DNA from: Iphione sp. A-MEVVRFRX5
Taxonomy: Eukaryota
Assembly (NCBI GenBank): GCA_976226885.1
Contig: OZ320315.1
Location: forward strand, 20,026,001-20,090,000
DNA length: 64,000 nucleotides
Direction of reading: 5' to 3'
Part shown: positions 1 to 12,480 of the stretch, one piece after another
How the letters are laid out: each line of letters starts with the position of its first letter
Position numbering within the stretch: position 1 is the stretch's first letter
Notes under the pieces: generated by a model
What the model saw: the letters and a program-made list of their open reading frames with translations, nothing else
Told to the model about the DNA's origin: nothing
Databases searched by the model: none
Made by a program: the position numbers and the translations under genes

Positions 1-67
1 TGATCACACTCAACAGTGATCGCCTCCCAACAACGGATTACCACATGGTCTGAAGCAGCCCAGATCG

Positions 68-652
68 ATGCATACCTCTGACATTGATTACATCTTAAGA
101 AACAACCCTTACACACAACATTATTACCTTGGTACATTTCCAAGTGATCTTATCCCCAAATCTCCAAAACCTAATAGCTGTTTCGTTAGTAATACAGATC
201 CACACACGAAACAAGGACAACATTGGGTAGCCTTCTACACTAACGCTCTCTTAGAAAGTTATTATTTCGACTCGTACGGTCTACCTCCATTTATCCCGAA
301 CTACATTCGTTTCCTTTGTAAAACCGAAAAGTGGGACTTCAATAAAAAACAACTACAACGACTTAATTCTACTAACTGTGGTGAACACTGCATACGCTTC
401 CTAATTGAAAGATGTCGTTCACGGAATCCGTATCACACACTGAAACAGCTGCAATATCTTCCTCTTCTCTACACGGATCGAGACGCGAGTCACTACTTAA
501 TAGTCTTCGGCGTAGACTCAACACCGGCGTACGTAAAAGAACAGAGAGCAACATCGTTTCAACCCCTTCAAACCCAACACCACCCCATGAATCCACAATT
601 GAACATGAAGACGAGAAAAAAGAAAAAGAAGAAGAAGAAGGATTCCTTATAA
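68..652 (+). CDS. Adenain-like (peptidase C5-type) cysteine protease typical of Polintons/Mavericks
   Basis: Motifs NTDPH..GQHWVAF (His52), YFDSYGLPP (Asp68), QLQ (Gln97) and STNCGEHC (Cys104) occur in adenovirus-protease order. Frame is open. Confidence 0.85.
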   Translation: MHTSDIDYILRNNPYTQHYYLGTFPSDLIPKSPKPNSCFVSNTDPHTKQGQHWVAFYTNALLESYYFDSYGLPPFIPNYIRFLCKTEKWDFNKKQLQRLNSTNCGEHCIRFLIERCRSRNPYHTLKQLQYLPLLYTDRDASHYLIVFGVDSTPAYVKEQRATSFQPLQTQHHPMNPQLNMKTRKKKKKKKKDSL

Positions 653-894
653 ACGATGATGATGATGATGAAGATGAAATTGACCTTCCTGATATTAATC
701 CTAATCGTACACTTAAGAATATATTCTATTTAGTGCATGAAGCGAACAGTAAAATAAAACATTTAGAAACCAAAACTAGGTTCATAGATAGAGATTATGA
801 GTTCCTTCTTAATAAGATAGTTGAGATTGAAAATCTACTGGCTAAAAAATCAGGTCGCGGATTTTCATGTAGTAACAATTCATTTTCTCTTTAA
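412..894 (+). CDS. Hypothetical acidic / coiled-coil protein overlapping the protease 3' end (true start uncertain)
   Basis: D/E-rich stretch followed by amphipathic heptads (IFYLVHEANSKIKHLE...LLNKIVEIENLL). Stop overlaps a polyA signal. The N-terminal part may be a shadow of the protease ORF. Confidence 0.35.
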   Translation: MSFTESVSHTETAAISSSSLHGSRRESLLNSLRRRLNTGVRKRTESNIVSTPSNPTPPHESTIEHEDEKKEKEEEEGFLINDDDDDEDEIDLPDINPNRTLKNIFYLVHEANSKIKHLETKTRFIDRDYEFLLNKIVEIENLLAKKSGRGFSCSNNSFSL

Positions 895-937
895 TAAAAG
901 TTTTTCAAAACGATACCCTCTTTGTTATTATTTCAAT

Positions 938-1140
938 ATGACGTCATCACGATAATTTGAGTCTATGATCACGTGATCATCAATAAGGACCTTGACCTTG
1001 GCCTAAATTTCTCAACCAATCAGCATTAATTAATATGACACCGCGACTTCCGGTTTGTACCGGAAGTCAAACACTAAATTTCGAAATCCCTCTTTATTTC
1101 ATAGTAATTCGGGGCGGTGTAGAATCAAAGTATATACTTT
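938..1140. promoter_or_regulatory. Cluster of palindromes and TF-like motifs (possible Polinton terminal/promoter region)
   Basis: ATGACGTCAT 938-947 (CRE); ATGATCACGTGATCAT 965-980 (E-box, perfect 16-bp palindrome); GACCTTGACCTTG 988-1000; CCAAT ~1016; GACTTCCGGT-ttgt-ACCGGAAGTC 1045-1068 (inverted ETS pair); ATTTCGAAAT 1078-1087; GC box 1111; AAAGTATATACTTT 1127-1140. Confidence 0.5.
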
Positions 1141-2476
1141 TCATATTGAAATGGACTTGTTGCCAGGCATTCGGTATAACGGACACAAAATATCGATGGC
1201 TTATGCATTTATTGATGCTGAGCGGATGATCGGAACTTTTGAGGAACAGTTATATGTAGGAGAAGAAGCTATCATTCCGTTAGAAATCAAAGTGGCGCAC
1301 CTAGTGGCTGGGAGGTTGACACCGGAAGTACTACCCATAGGTGAATTGAAGTTGGTGCTGGCACATATCCAGCACAACTTGCCAACACATATGTCATTAT
1401 CCTTTCCATTGGACAATATTTGGGAGTACTATGCCACTATCCATACGACTACTGTATTGCTGGGAGATTCACTGGTGATTACAATGAAAGTCCCACTGGT
1501 GGACCACTGGGCCAAGTTAACCTTGTATGAAGTCATTAACATTCTTGTGCCCACGCAAGATTTGTCCAATGTTGTTAAGTATTACTTAGAGTTCCCTTAT
1601 TTTGGTATCACTGCCGATGGTAGAAGGTCTGCTCAAGTGACAGGAGGAGATCTTGTCAGGTGTGAGGACATTTATGCCAAATACTGTGTCTTAACCTTGA
1701 CACTGTGTGAAATTAACAGACACCAGTATTGTGTCATGGCTTTGTTCCAAGTGGTGTCTGGAAAGGTTGACACTCTGTGTCGACGGGAAACTGTAGTAGA
1801 TGAACATCTCCCTATTACTCGATATGTGGAGCAAGGTAGATGGGTGGTGTCCACCCAAGAGGATGTTCGATTCCGCATTGATTGTCAGAATGGAACACAG
1901 CATACGGCACATGCACGTTTTCCTTTTTCTATGATTACATTAGGTAATGGGTGTAGGGCCAATAGTGATCGCCTATCCTTACCCACTTAATACTATAAAT
2001 GAACGGAATATGAGGTCCAAAAGGCACCTTTGGAGATGCCCCATGAGTTAGACATCCATGAATTAGAAATTTGACTGAGTTACCTGAACCTTTGACCACT
2101 ACCAACCATTCCGGATATTTAAGATCCCTTACGAAACCTGACCAACAATGATTTGGGACAGCTCGTTAGCAGACTGAAGTCATTAAAAGAACATATAGAT
2201 GACCATAATTGGGGTACGGGGCTTAGCTGGATGACCATTTTGGTTATTGCTATGGGAGTTCTGCTTATTGTGCTCGTGTACATGTGTTTTGCATGCAGAA
2301 AGGGGTGGTGTCATAAAACATTGATGCCTGAAACTACTGTAAATTTACCTATGACCTTAATGTGTATGTGGGAAGGGTCTGCGTCTGGCAATGCTAGGGC
2401 AGCAAGTGTTCCTTTGCCACTCCCCATACTTCCGAGAAGAACCTTGAGGGTTAGAACTGATAAGAAGGGAAGTTGA
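1141..2476 (+). pseudogene. env: Envelope (F-like class I fusion protein) C-terminal half, disrupted
   Basis: GRLTPEVLP..LKLVLAHIQHNLP, Cys-rich ectodomain, heptad DLGQLVSRLKSLKEHI, TM WMTILVIAMGVLLIVLVY, cytoplasmic CFACRKG. Stops and a frameshift between 1990 and ~2125. Confidence 0.75.
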
Positions 2477-3372
2477 ATTGATGTTATTAGCCTTGTTGAA
2501 ATCTTAGACCATTATGAAGTTAGTTCGACCTTGTTACAACCAAATCTCAATGCTTTACTGCCTAGGGCCTCTGGACGTGTGTATTAAGACTGGTGGCAGG
2601 AGAGTAAAGAATTCTTGCTCTAGTCTAAGAAAGCATACTTTGTTTGATATACCTGTTAATGTATTTCTCTGTACAGCAGGAACAGTAGAAAGTGTGGTAT
2701 GTTTCTATGATGACGTCAGTTGCAATTGCCGAGTTATTTTATCAAATTGCCGGCTAGAAATGTAATATACTTGCCATGTGGTGATGACCGATTTTTGAAG
2801 CTGTTCACGATGTACATATTGTTCATCACAGAAAAGACACAGGGCATCCCTATTTAACATTTTGTTGTTTGTCACGTATCATCCACTTTGTTGCTCCTTA
2901 AAATGGGGGGATGTGTCCTTAATCTATGTGGTGTGCTGAAAGTTTTAGGAACATCTTCCCGTCAAAGGGTTATGCCATTAGCGTAACTCCTTGGCACCAA
3001 TTGTGTAGCACAGATCAAACTCTCTTTCGCTTTCGAAAACAACATTCTAATCTGAAGATAGTTTGCTGTGAGGCCGTGGCGTGGTTCCACCAAAACAATT
3101 GGAGAGTGTAGTTACAAGTTTCAATCATTTGAGGCAGGTAGGTTCATGGTTGGGCCTGGCCTGAACATCGGAGTTTTGCTGATAATAAAACTATAATTTG
3201 ATATGCAATCAATTTTGCATACATAATGGACATAATTATGTGTATATGTAGAAAGCATATTCTACAGTCATTATGTCTTTTAATGTAATATTAAGTGGAA
3301 GAAAGAGAGTTTCCTTGTACAGTGTATAGATATAAGCTTATAACGTGGGTTTTCTTATCAAAACAAGAGGTG

Positions 3373-3855
3373 TGTCATGTTACAATGTGGCACCACTGAT
3401 AGTCTGGGAATTGACATCCCATACACCAGTAGACACTTACAAACTATGTACAGGTGACAGGTAAGTCTAAACAAACGCTATATTTGAATGAGGATTTACG
3501 AGGCACTTCCAGGGTGGGTGTTGACAGCCTTCACATCCATCATCGAAGGGTGCTAGGGTGGGACCAAAGGTTAATGTACTTCTTGACTGGTTGTGACCTA
3601 GGACACTCACCCAGGTCGAAGGTCAGACAAACTATGACCTAAGGTTACGATATGTTGCGAATTTGTGCTGATGATACACACTATGACCAGGAGGGTGCTA
3701 ACCTTTGACATAGGGTCTCGAACTTTCTGTATGTAATGACCTGATCTCCTCACCACTTTTTGGAGAGCTCCTGTCTACCACCTCTAGCGTCTACTGACTG
3801 TAATAAATGAAGATCAACCAACTTGGAAACCTGTGTCATCTTGAGTTGTGTTACA
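3373..3855 (+). repeat. 3' LTR of G1 (483 bp); inverted copy at 24129-24611
   Basis: TGTCA start after a purine tract, AATAAA ~3802, TGTTACA end. Confidence 0.65.
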
Positions 3856-4499
3856 GGGAAATCAATTAACTAGAGGGTTTCCACCAGTCTCCCTCAACCA
3901 GTCCCTCCAGCGTGGGAAAGATATCAGAGGGGTTGCCATTGAGACCCCAGGCAGGTTTAGACCATTAATTGACACCTCTGATCTCCCTTGATCACTCTCT
4001 CAATCGTTAACCCAGCTGTGAGGAACATCACAGCGGTCGCCATTGATGCCTCCAGTCTCTCCCAGCCAGTCCCTCTATGGTGTGAGGAACATCAGAGTGG
4101 TCGAGGTTGACCCCTGGTAAGTAATCAATAGTAAATCATACAGAATATGACCTTAAGATGAGCGGTCACAGACAGAAAATGGTCAAAAATTGATTGGGCT
4201 TGTAATCAATAATCAATCATATAGGTTATGTATAGACACAATTTCAGTTCTGAGCTCAAATTGTCGCCATAGCCAATTTCCTCAGTTATTGATGTCGTTG
4301 TTAATAGAGACTCTAGTGCAAAAAAAAATCTATCCATAACCCTCCTAATCATTTCTGTAAAATATTCCTGTTTTATCTCCAATGAGTCATTTATCTCAAA
4401 TATAAATTCCCAGTTTTCCTTATTTAGTTCTCCTACTAATTTTTCCTTTGTTATAATATTTCATTAATCTAAATTTTATTCTTACTAGTTCAATTCATT

Positions 4500-4870
4500 T
4501 TGGCACCAAATCAGCATCCACCACAACCATATAGTGAATGCTAAATATGGTATAATCCACCTTTGCTTGAATCCTTTCAGCTATATTAGTACAAGATCAA
4601 TCAACAAGCTCAAAGTTGCTTACACTCTAGGTGCTTTTCTTACTTTTTTGCATAGTCCAAATTCATTAGGAACAGTTGCAATTGATTGATACCCCTTCCT
4701 GGTACTTTCGTCAGTACAATCTATGTTGAAATCACCTGCCACGATAATTCTTTTGTTTTTTAATTTTGCCTGATGTTTCCTAACTAATCCACACAATACA
4801 CCCATTCTTGTTGTTGGTGGCCTATATAATTTGATAACTGTCAGACAATGCTCCCTCTTCCTACTCACTT
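4500..4870 (-). pseudogene. LINE APE-endonuclease fragment (CR1/L2-like); inverted copy ~23114-23484
   Basis: LYRPP, IIVAGDFNID and IDLV motifs. Boundaries approximate. Confidence 0.65.
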
Positions 4871-5133
4871 CTGTAATTAATGTCTCTACATCTTTGCAAG
4901 ACTCAAAGTTATGGTCTACGTTGAGATACAGTTCTTAAGTTTTGAAAGCCCGTTGTTCCGGGTTTGAGACCAAACCACTACAATCTGATAATGAACGACA
5001 CAAATGCAGTAACCCATTGAAGGTATGGAAACATATTCATGTCTTATCAATTTTGAATAAAAGCACACTGCACCACAGATGCAATGAAAAACACAATAAC
5101 TCCTGTATGGACATGGTTTCTAACATTCCTGCT

Positions 5134-5733
5134 GTGATAATATCTATCTATTAATTAGGTCACACAGTATGTGCACAGCATTTACATTTTTGTGTACATG
5201 CTATTTGGAGTAACTATTTAGGGGTTACTCAGGATAGGTGATACTACACAATCACTTTAGCTGAAGAATTTGTTCACTGTCAATTGACACGTCACTGCAT
5301 GACAGAACAACGTGTTTTATGGTCACAATATCTGTCAATCAGACTGTTCTATAGCCAAGGATGTTATGATACTTTGTCACTTGACTCATGTAACCAATCC
5401 ATGCAGACAACATTTAAGTGACACTGTCATTCAGATCCATGACTATATCAAAATAATGACTATCACATGTTAATGATAGTTGTTCACGGAGTGACTTGAC
5501 ATGAAACACAATGGTTTTACACTGTTTTATAGCACTAGTTCTGCTTAACACTGACACAAAAAACAGGAGAATTGCTTAAACAAAATTTGTTTTTGCCACT
5601 TACAGCACTTCATACCAAGGCTTTACTTCAGTATTTCTATCTATATACTATATGATATACCCTTGTAACAACACCATTTCTAATGACACACCATCAACTC
5701 CTATCCAGACTGTGTTACATCCCTCCCCTCCTT
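5134..5733 (-). repeat. Polypurine tract (5720-5733) and 3' LTR start (TGTAACA at 5719) of G2; copy from 22250 on +
   Basis: AAGGAGGGGAGGGA|TGTAACA on the minus strand. The distal LTR end is not securely found. Confidence 0.5.
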
Positions 5734-6047
5734 GGGAGTAATGCTCAGCATTATAAAGTTTATTCACTCCTGATAAACCCATTTGCAGAATATAACTCAT
5801 TAGCACATAAACATACAACATATGTAGTGAAGAATAATACTGGATTACACAAGGACATTAACCTCCACAGGGTTAAGTCATATAATACATCTCAGTAATG
5901 ACAGCCTGAATGAGCAACAACTCATCAGTACAGGTCATTACATGTTAACAAGTAGTGCTACAATACAAGGTTAATATCATTACTCATGAGCAAACACATA
6001 TTACAGCTCGAGCAAGAGTATCTGTCTTTTCTGCCAAGTCTGTAATT

Positions 6048-7291
6048 TCAACATTCCCTTTTAATGGAACATGGATAAAGCTTGCTCATTCTGTGTATAC
6101 CGCTCTGCGGAAACCTTAACATTGGTATAGCTTGAATTCCTTGGGAACTTTCCTTAAATTTCACCGCACATTCATGTAATATGCAGGCAGGCTCCAGGAT
6201 GTTAGATGGAGGAAGGGCCCTAAGGGAGACGGTTTCTCCCACACAAGTGTTGGACAGGCTAGGGGAACTGGTGCCACCCCAGAGATTGATAGTGACAGGT
6301 GATGATCCCTGAGAAGTCATATCAGAATTTTCATTGGGGCTCCATTCCTGTCGGTTGGGCAAAAGCCTTCTCCAATATCCTTTGCTACAAAAGCAACAAT
6401 AACAACACCTGCATAAAGTTGGGGCTGAACTCAGTCCTCTGATTAGCGGATTGTGAGCGATCTGGTCATGGAGAGTGTTAATTCGCTGGACAATGCCTTC
6501 AATGTCTGTCTCAGAGATATCTGGCAGGGGCTGCAAAGGGCCTGAATGGTTGGGAGCTGGAGGGAGCTTCAGCATCCATACCAGCAGCTCAGTCACCAAA
6601 AGTTTAGAGGGGAGTACGAGTGGATCACACTCTACCTCATTCTCGTTCCTTTGAAAGTAATAGGTAATGGTGAATAATGGGAAATCCATATGTCGACGAT
6701 TTGGGTTTGTCACAAGCCAAGTAAGGCCAACTCCTCGCAAGACCCTGGTAGGTCATCCCTACGGGAGCTTTCTTCACACCATATTTTCTTGGGGGGAGGG
6801 GGCCATGCTGGACTCTCCCAATCAATTTTCTTCGCTTGGCATATAGTGAACTCTGGGTGACCCCTCAGGCCAGGGCATGGGGGTTGTGATCCTGACCATT
6901 TAAAATAAGTTTTGATAGCCCTAACTGCTGACTGTGTTTTGTATAGGGGACCATAAGAGACTTGGCATATAGGGCTATTATCACTAGGGTGTCCCACATA
7001 GGGTAACATCTGCAGGGCAACTTGGGTTCCATTCCTTTCTTGAGATAGGCCGCGATAACTCCTGCCAAAGCTAACTGTATGAGAGGTGAGTTTAAGTTGA
7101 AAAAGTTTGGAGCCCACTTAATGAAGGCCATGCTCGGCTTATTAATGTGATGAGAGAACTCCCAAAGTAGGTGCCGTCTCTGCATCCAGGAGATGTTCTG
7201 ATGTCGAACACCACTCGTAAGTTGGAGTAGCATTAAGGAGAACTGGGGGAGGCAGTCTTCTAAAGTTGGGGCCATTCCAGTAGCTAATCAT
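6048..7291 (-). pseudogene. env: G2 env-like remnant (C-terminal half)
   Basis: Aligns by eye with G1 env: CDPLVLPS vs SDRLSLPT; PLPDISETDIEGIVQRINTLHDQI vs PLRNLTNNDLGQLVSRLKSLKEHI; CYCCFCSKG vs CFACRKG. Multiple frameshifts. Confidence 0.55.
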
Positions 7292-8619
7292 CATGCTCGA
7301 ACATAGACAGACATCCCTTTCTGTTAATACAGAAAAGTTTGATAAAAGAAAAGACTATTTACGTTCCAGAAAAACTTGTAAAGTAAATGGGGGAAACTAA
7401 ACTTCATGAAGTTTCAAGAGGGGGCTTTTCTTTTGGTCCTAGACCTGTTGTAAGTTGTAGTGTACATTAGAATGTGTACTTGACTAGAAGTGAGCCACTG
7501 GCTCGTTCCACAGCATTGGGGCTTCCTTTAGTTCTAGTTGTCATACATGCATAAAAAAGGGGGGTAGGAATGATGTGTTGGAGAGGAGCGTGTAGGAGTA
7601 CAGGCTGCATGTCCTTCCAAGAGGTCACTGCTCATTAACTGTGGATGGCTACGACCTGATTTTCACATCAGGAAGGGGTACGAGTCAATCAGAAGGAGTT
7701 CACGACTAAGACAGAGCGAGGCAGGGAGACAAGTGATAGAGACCTGTCCCTTCTAGGGCCTCAAGATCTCAGTTCTTTCCCCTGGGTATCCATTCCTTAC
7801 TATGTTTGTGCAATTTCTCCTCTTTTTCTTGTTTTGGAACCTATACTCATCATCCTTCTGGTCTTCCCTAACGTAGAAGGTAAGGATTTTCATTCCTCTA
7901 GGGGCACCTCCCTTCTCCTTTACCATTTCCAGCGCTCACCCAGTAAGGGGGTGCTCCTTTTCACTTTCCATTCTTTATGCATATTTTGGGTGGATTAAAA
8001 GGATAATGAGTATATTGAGGTTTTTATGTCAAGTGCGTATAAAGTCTCTCTGGAGTGTGCCTTTAAGATTTAAATGCATATGAGAGCTGATCTTTGGTTC
8101 TTTTGGAGAAATAACAGACAAGCGATTTCCATGGAGATTTGAGTGACTTTTTGGCCAGTGTGGACCGGTTTGCCCTCCTAGTGGTTATAGTATTAACTGC
8201 AGGACACAGCCAAGCACTTCCCCTGGTGACTGGCCCTGAGCAGTGGAGGGTATCAGGGGTTGTGCCTTCTGAGGTTCAGGCATGGGAGTTTCTGGGGGCC
8301 CATGATAGATCTATGGATCCTTTCCTTCCGTGTCCTCATTAGGGTTTTTCCAAACAATTATTTTCTTGGTGCCTGGAGGAATAGTGAACCTTTCAAGGTG
8401 AACCACAGGATTCATGTGTTGAGTATCCTTGGGCTGGGTAGAAAGGGGGATCCTTCGCGTTCGTTCCATGAACCATACAATGCAGTCATCCTTGCTGCTC
8501 CCACAAGCCCTTGGAATCAATCTCAGCCTCAGCCTTCTGAGTTCCTCGGGGGGGCTTCCTCTCCTGTGACATCATCTTCAGGTCCCTTGAACCATACACA
8601 GAGTGCATCATCATCTTCA

Positions 8620-11600
8620 TCATCCTGGTTGTGTTGAGTTTGGGGTGTATCTGGAAGGGACCCGATGGGTTGAAGGGAGGGCAGGGATCGTAAGAGAAGG
8701 GTCCTCCTCCCGAATGGTACACATAGGAGTTCTCGAAGGAGGAAAGAGGCGGGCCTGTCTATAGAGTGGGGAGACCCTTGGCGCAGCTGGATTGGTCCTC
8801 TGAGGGACAGAGCTGTCCGGGGGAAGGTCCTCGTGGATAAGATTCTTGTGATGAATCTCCTTGTTGACCATGGGTCCCACCAAACTAGTACGTTTCAGCC
8901 GGCTGACCATTACCACCGGTCTGGACAGGTGACGCTTCATTTTCAAGTAGAGAGTGGTTGGGGTATGAAACTCGGTTATGGCGTAGGGTCCAAGATATAC
9001 TCTGGCCAGTCTTAGTTTTAGGGAGGCATCCTTGAGCCTAGGCATGTACAGCCACACCAAATGCCCCCCTCTTCAATTCAGGATCATAAGCCTTCTCATC
9101 GTATCGATCCTTCATGGCAATCAAGTATTTCTCTGCTGTCTTTTTGGCAACAAGATGAGCTTGGTGCTGTACATGCAGATGCTGTCCAAACCTCTCTCAA
9201 ACTGACATCGGTTCACCGTTTGGGGCAGGAACTGAGTTCATTTCTAGGTGGCAGGGTTCGTACCCTTGCAGGAGAAGGTAGGGGGTTTGCCCTGTTCGCG
9301 TCGCTTTGGCAGTGTTTAAAGCAAAGCAGATAGGTGGGAGGCAATAGTCCTAGTTGTTCTGATTTTTGCTCATGAAGTTACAGAGTGCGGTCAACAGGGA
9401 TCTATTGGCCCTTTTGACCAGCCCAGATGTTTGGGGGTGTCCGGTAGTAGCAAATTTTTGCTTTATCCCGTTATCTCTGCAATATTTTCATGAACTTATC
9501 AGATATGAAGGCTGAACTGTTGTCCGAGACTATTTCCTTGACGACGCCAAATCAACATAAGATGTGTTTCTTGAATTTCGAGATGAGAGTGTCTGCCCAT
9601 AGGTCAGGCTGAGCCCATGCCACAAGAAAACAGCTATAGAAGTCGACAATAATGATGACATGTCGATTATCCTGGCCGGTGAGCGGCAGCCTCTCTATGG
9701 TGTCCTTGTTAATGGTGTGCCAGGGTGCAGGGGTGGGGTCCCCCAGGGTAAGAGGAGGCCTGATGGGTCGGGTCATTTGTTTGGTTTGGCAGTATTTGAT
9801 GCAGGTGGCACTGTAATCATGTACATCCTCACTCATGCCTGTCCAGAATAGTGTTTCCCTCATCCTAGACAAGATCTTCACAGGCCCCAAGTGCCCGGCA
9901 TGTGGTGTGTCATGATTCTGCTGTAGGAATTTTTGCTTGAGGGTGAGAGGGACTACCAGCCTTACTAAAGTTTGAGCATTTGGCCCGCTTGTGGAAGACA
10001 TTTTGAATACAACCCCTTTAAATACAAAAAAGTCCTACTCTCTGAGGAGGACTCGCCTGGCGGTTTTGTCATCTAAGAGCAGCCGTCCATATTTAATCAG
10101 CGAAACTGTCTGTTTACAGAAGCCGTTTACAGATGTCTTTGGGCATCCATGATTTCTGACAGAGGAATATGTGATAATTTCAGATGCCTTTCAGCCCCCG
10201 AATGCGAGACAAATTGCCTTTCACATCATTTCCTATGGTTAGGCCCCTTCTTATGGAGGCTGGGGTTGCCGGGCTTGTCCTCGGGCGCCGAAGGATCGGG
10301 TGTGACCTCCCGTGCATTGACTGGGAGAGGAGGAGAGGGGTCCTTGGGGTCTTTGTTGCCTTTCAGAAAAAGAGGCATTCTGTCTTTTTTGACAGGAACA
10401 TCAAGCTGAGATAATGCATTTGGGACCAAGTTAGAGGCCCCTGGTACATGCCGCACTGTGTAGTTGAACCGTTGGAGGAATTCCGTCCATCGAACCATCC
10501 TACTATTTTGGTGCTCCAAGGATTTGGTCACAAGGATGTGCACTAAGGGGTTATGATCTGTTTGGATACAGAATTTAGCTCCTTCAAGATAGACCTTCCA
10601 GTGCTTTATGGCAGAGAAGACTGCCACCATTTCCTTGTCTGTAGTGGAGTAGTTGAGTTTTGCCCCCTGGAAAGCCTTGGCCCAAAAGGCCACTGGCTGG
10701 ATGTTTTCTGAGGCATCTTTCTGCAAAAGACTCGCCCCCATTTCATAGTTACTCGTGTCTGTGGCAAGGAAGAATCCCTTCCCAAAGTCCGGATACAACA
10801 GGAACTGATCATTGGTAAGGGACACTTTCAGAGTCTGGAACACATTCTCCTGCTCTGGTCCCTGAACAAACTTCTGGTTAAGTCATAGAGTGGCTAAGCT
10901 TTCAGTCCATACTCGGGAATGAACTTTCGATAGTACCTTGTCATTCCTAGGAACGGTCTAACCTGTTGAACTGTAATGGGTGTGTTCATGTTCTGAGTCT
11001 TGCTAAGATTGTCGGGAGCAGGCCTAATACCCTCTGTCATTATGATGTGTCCCAGGAACTTTACCTCAGAACAGCCGATCTCACATTTAGAGGGTTTTGA
11101 TTTGAGTCCAGAAGTATTCAGTCTATCCAACACCTGTCCGAGGTCCGACATATGCCTTTCAAATGTGGGGGAGAAGACCATGATGTCATCCATATAGGCC
11201 AGGCAGATTTTGTATTTAAGGTCTAATAAGACTATATCTACAACACTCTGGAAAGAGGGGGGAGAGCTTTTGAGACCTATGGGCATGGTCTTATAATGGT
11301 ATTTCCCACAAGGTGTCAAGAAGGCCAACTTATCCCTTTCCTCATCTCGAATGGGAATCTGGTGGAAGCCCATCTCCAAGTCCATCACCGAAAGGAATTG
11401 AGGTTTTCCCGTGCCTATAGCATCTATGGTGTCATCTACGCATGGTATATTAAATATCTGGGTGACCATTTGGGTGTTCAAGTTCCTGTAGTCAACTACC
11501 AATTGAAATTTGCCATTGGATTTGGGAACAAGGAAGGCAGGACTGGCCCAGAGGCCATCTCCTGCTTTTTCCAATATACCTTTGCTTTCCTGATCAGAGA

Positions 11601-12480
11601 CTCTGCGATGTATTTCGTCACACATCTTGGGTAACATGCAAAAGGGCTGGGCCTGGGAACGGGTGCAGTCAGGGACAAGCTCGATACGGTGTTCAACTAG
11701 TGAGGTTCTCCCTATGTCCCCATCGAGGGCAAATGCTGCCTGTTTGCTTCTGAGCAATTCTTGGCATATTTCCTTCTGTTGTGGAGTGAAGTTGGATCTG
11801 GAGAGGTCTACCGGAAAATCAAGTGTATTAGTTTGAAGGGCGTGAGTTGCTACTTGCTTCAGTGTAGAAACATCATAGGGGACCCCCTTGACAAAAGAAC
11901 TGACCTTAAGTCACTGCCGAAGGTTTTGAGGTTTATTGGAATAGTTTCGGAGAGAAATGGGAATTTGGTTGTCGCAGACCTGGACTAAAGCTTCCTTGTT
12001 AGACACTATTTTCCTAGGAGTAGCCTCCAGTGTGTCCTGGTAGATACCTTCTTCACAATCATAGGATTCCCCATTTCCCCATATCATGGCCCAGACCAAA
12101 GTTTCTTACCCAGGTTGGAGCAAGTCATCTCCAGGTAGGGCGACATGGAAGGATTTGGGCTCTCTGTTGTTGAAAGAAAGGTTAATAAAGAAGTGGTGGA
12201 GGAAGGTTCTGCCTAGCATTATGTCATAAGTGAGGTTTTCAATAAAGTTTAGTTTGACCGGGTGAAGATAGTTATCCATTAAGAGTTGGAGGTGAACGAT
12301 GCTCGTGGTTTTAGAGACAGTTCCATTAGCCATAACACATTCTGCATTGGTCGGAAGGACAGACATATTGACCTTTTCAGCCTGTAGTCAATTAAATGTG
12401 TTCAGACTCATGCACCAACCTTATGTCAACCAATGCCTTGAATGAGGCATTCCCTATCCTTATCTCAGTGGTACAATCAG
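8620..12480 (-). pseudogene. pol: G2 pol pseudogene (PR ~12106-12480, RT 10894-11757, RNase H 10226-10843, INT 8620-10001)
   Basis: KALVD..DIMLGRTFL (PR); WASPAFLVPK..VVDYRNLN..YMDDIMV (RT); ATDTSNYEMGA..TDKEM..TDHNPL (RH); HDTPHAGHLG..C..C and YLGPYAI (INT with GPY/F motif). Confidence 0.9.

Larger units (their letters stand above)
1..1140 (+). mobile_element. Polinton/Maverick (adintovirus-like) fragment, left end outside window
   Basis: Adenain-like protease ORF followed by a compact overlapping ORF whose stop TAA (892-894) overlaps AATAAA (893-898), then a motif-dense non-coding segment. No pPolB, integrase or capsid gene in the window, so the family call rests on the protease. Confidence 0.65.
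1141..3855 (+). mobile_element. Ty3/Gypsy element G1, 5'-truncated: env C-terminal half, 3' UTR and 3' LTR
   Basis: Env-like ORF followed by purine run AAAACAAGAGG(TG) and a TGTCA...TTACA-bounded LTR containing AATAAA. Confidence 0.7.
3211..12163 (+). repeat. Arm A of an ~8.95 kb inverted duplication (partner 15825-24773)
   Basis: Mirror ORF pairs with constant coordinate sums 27983-27988 (e.g. 10894..11757 vs 16226..17089; 3454..3642 vs 24342..24530). Ends traced base by base. Confidence 0.95.

Noticed and set aside
2100-2115. TNHSG peptide shared with the G2 env copy at 21.4 kb
   Set aside because: In G1 it lies in a different frame from the heptad/TM segment, so it was not used as homology evidence.
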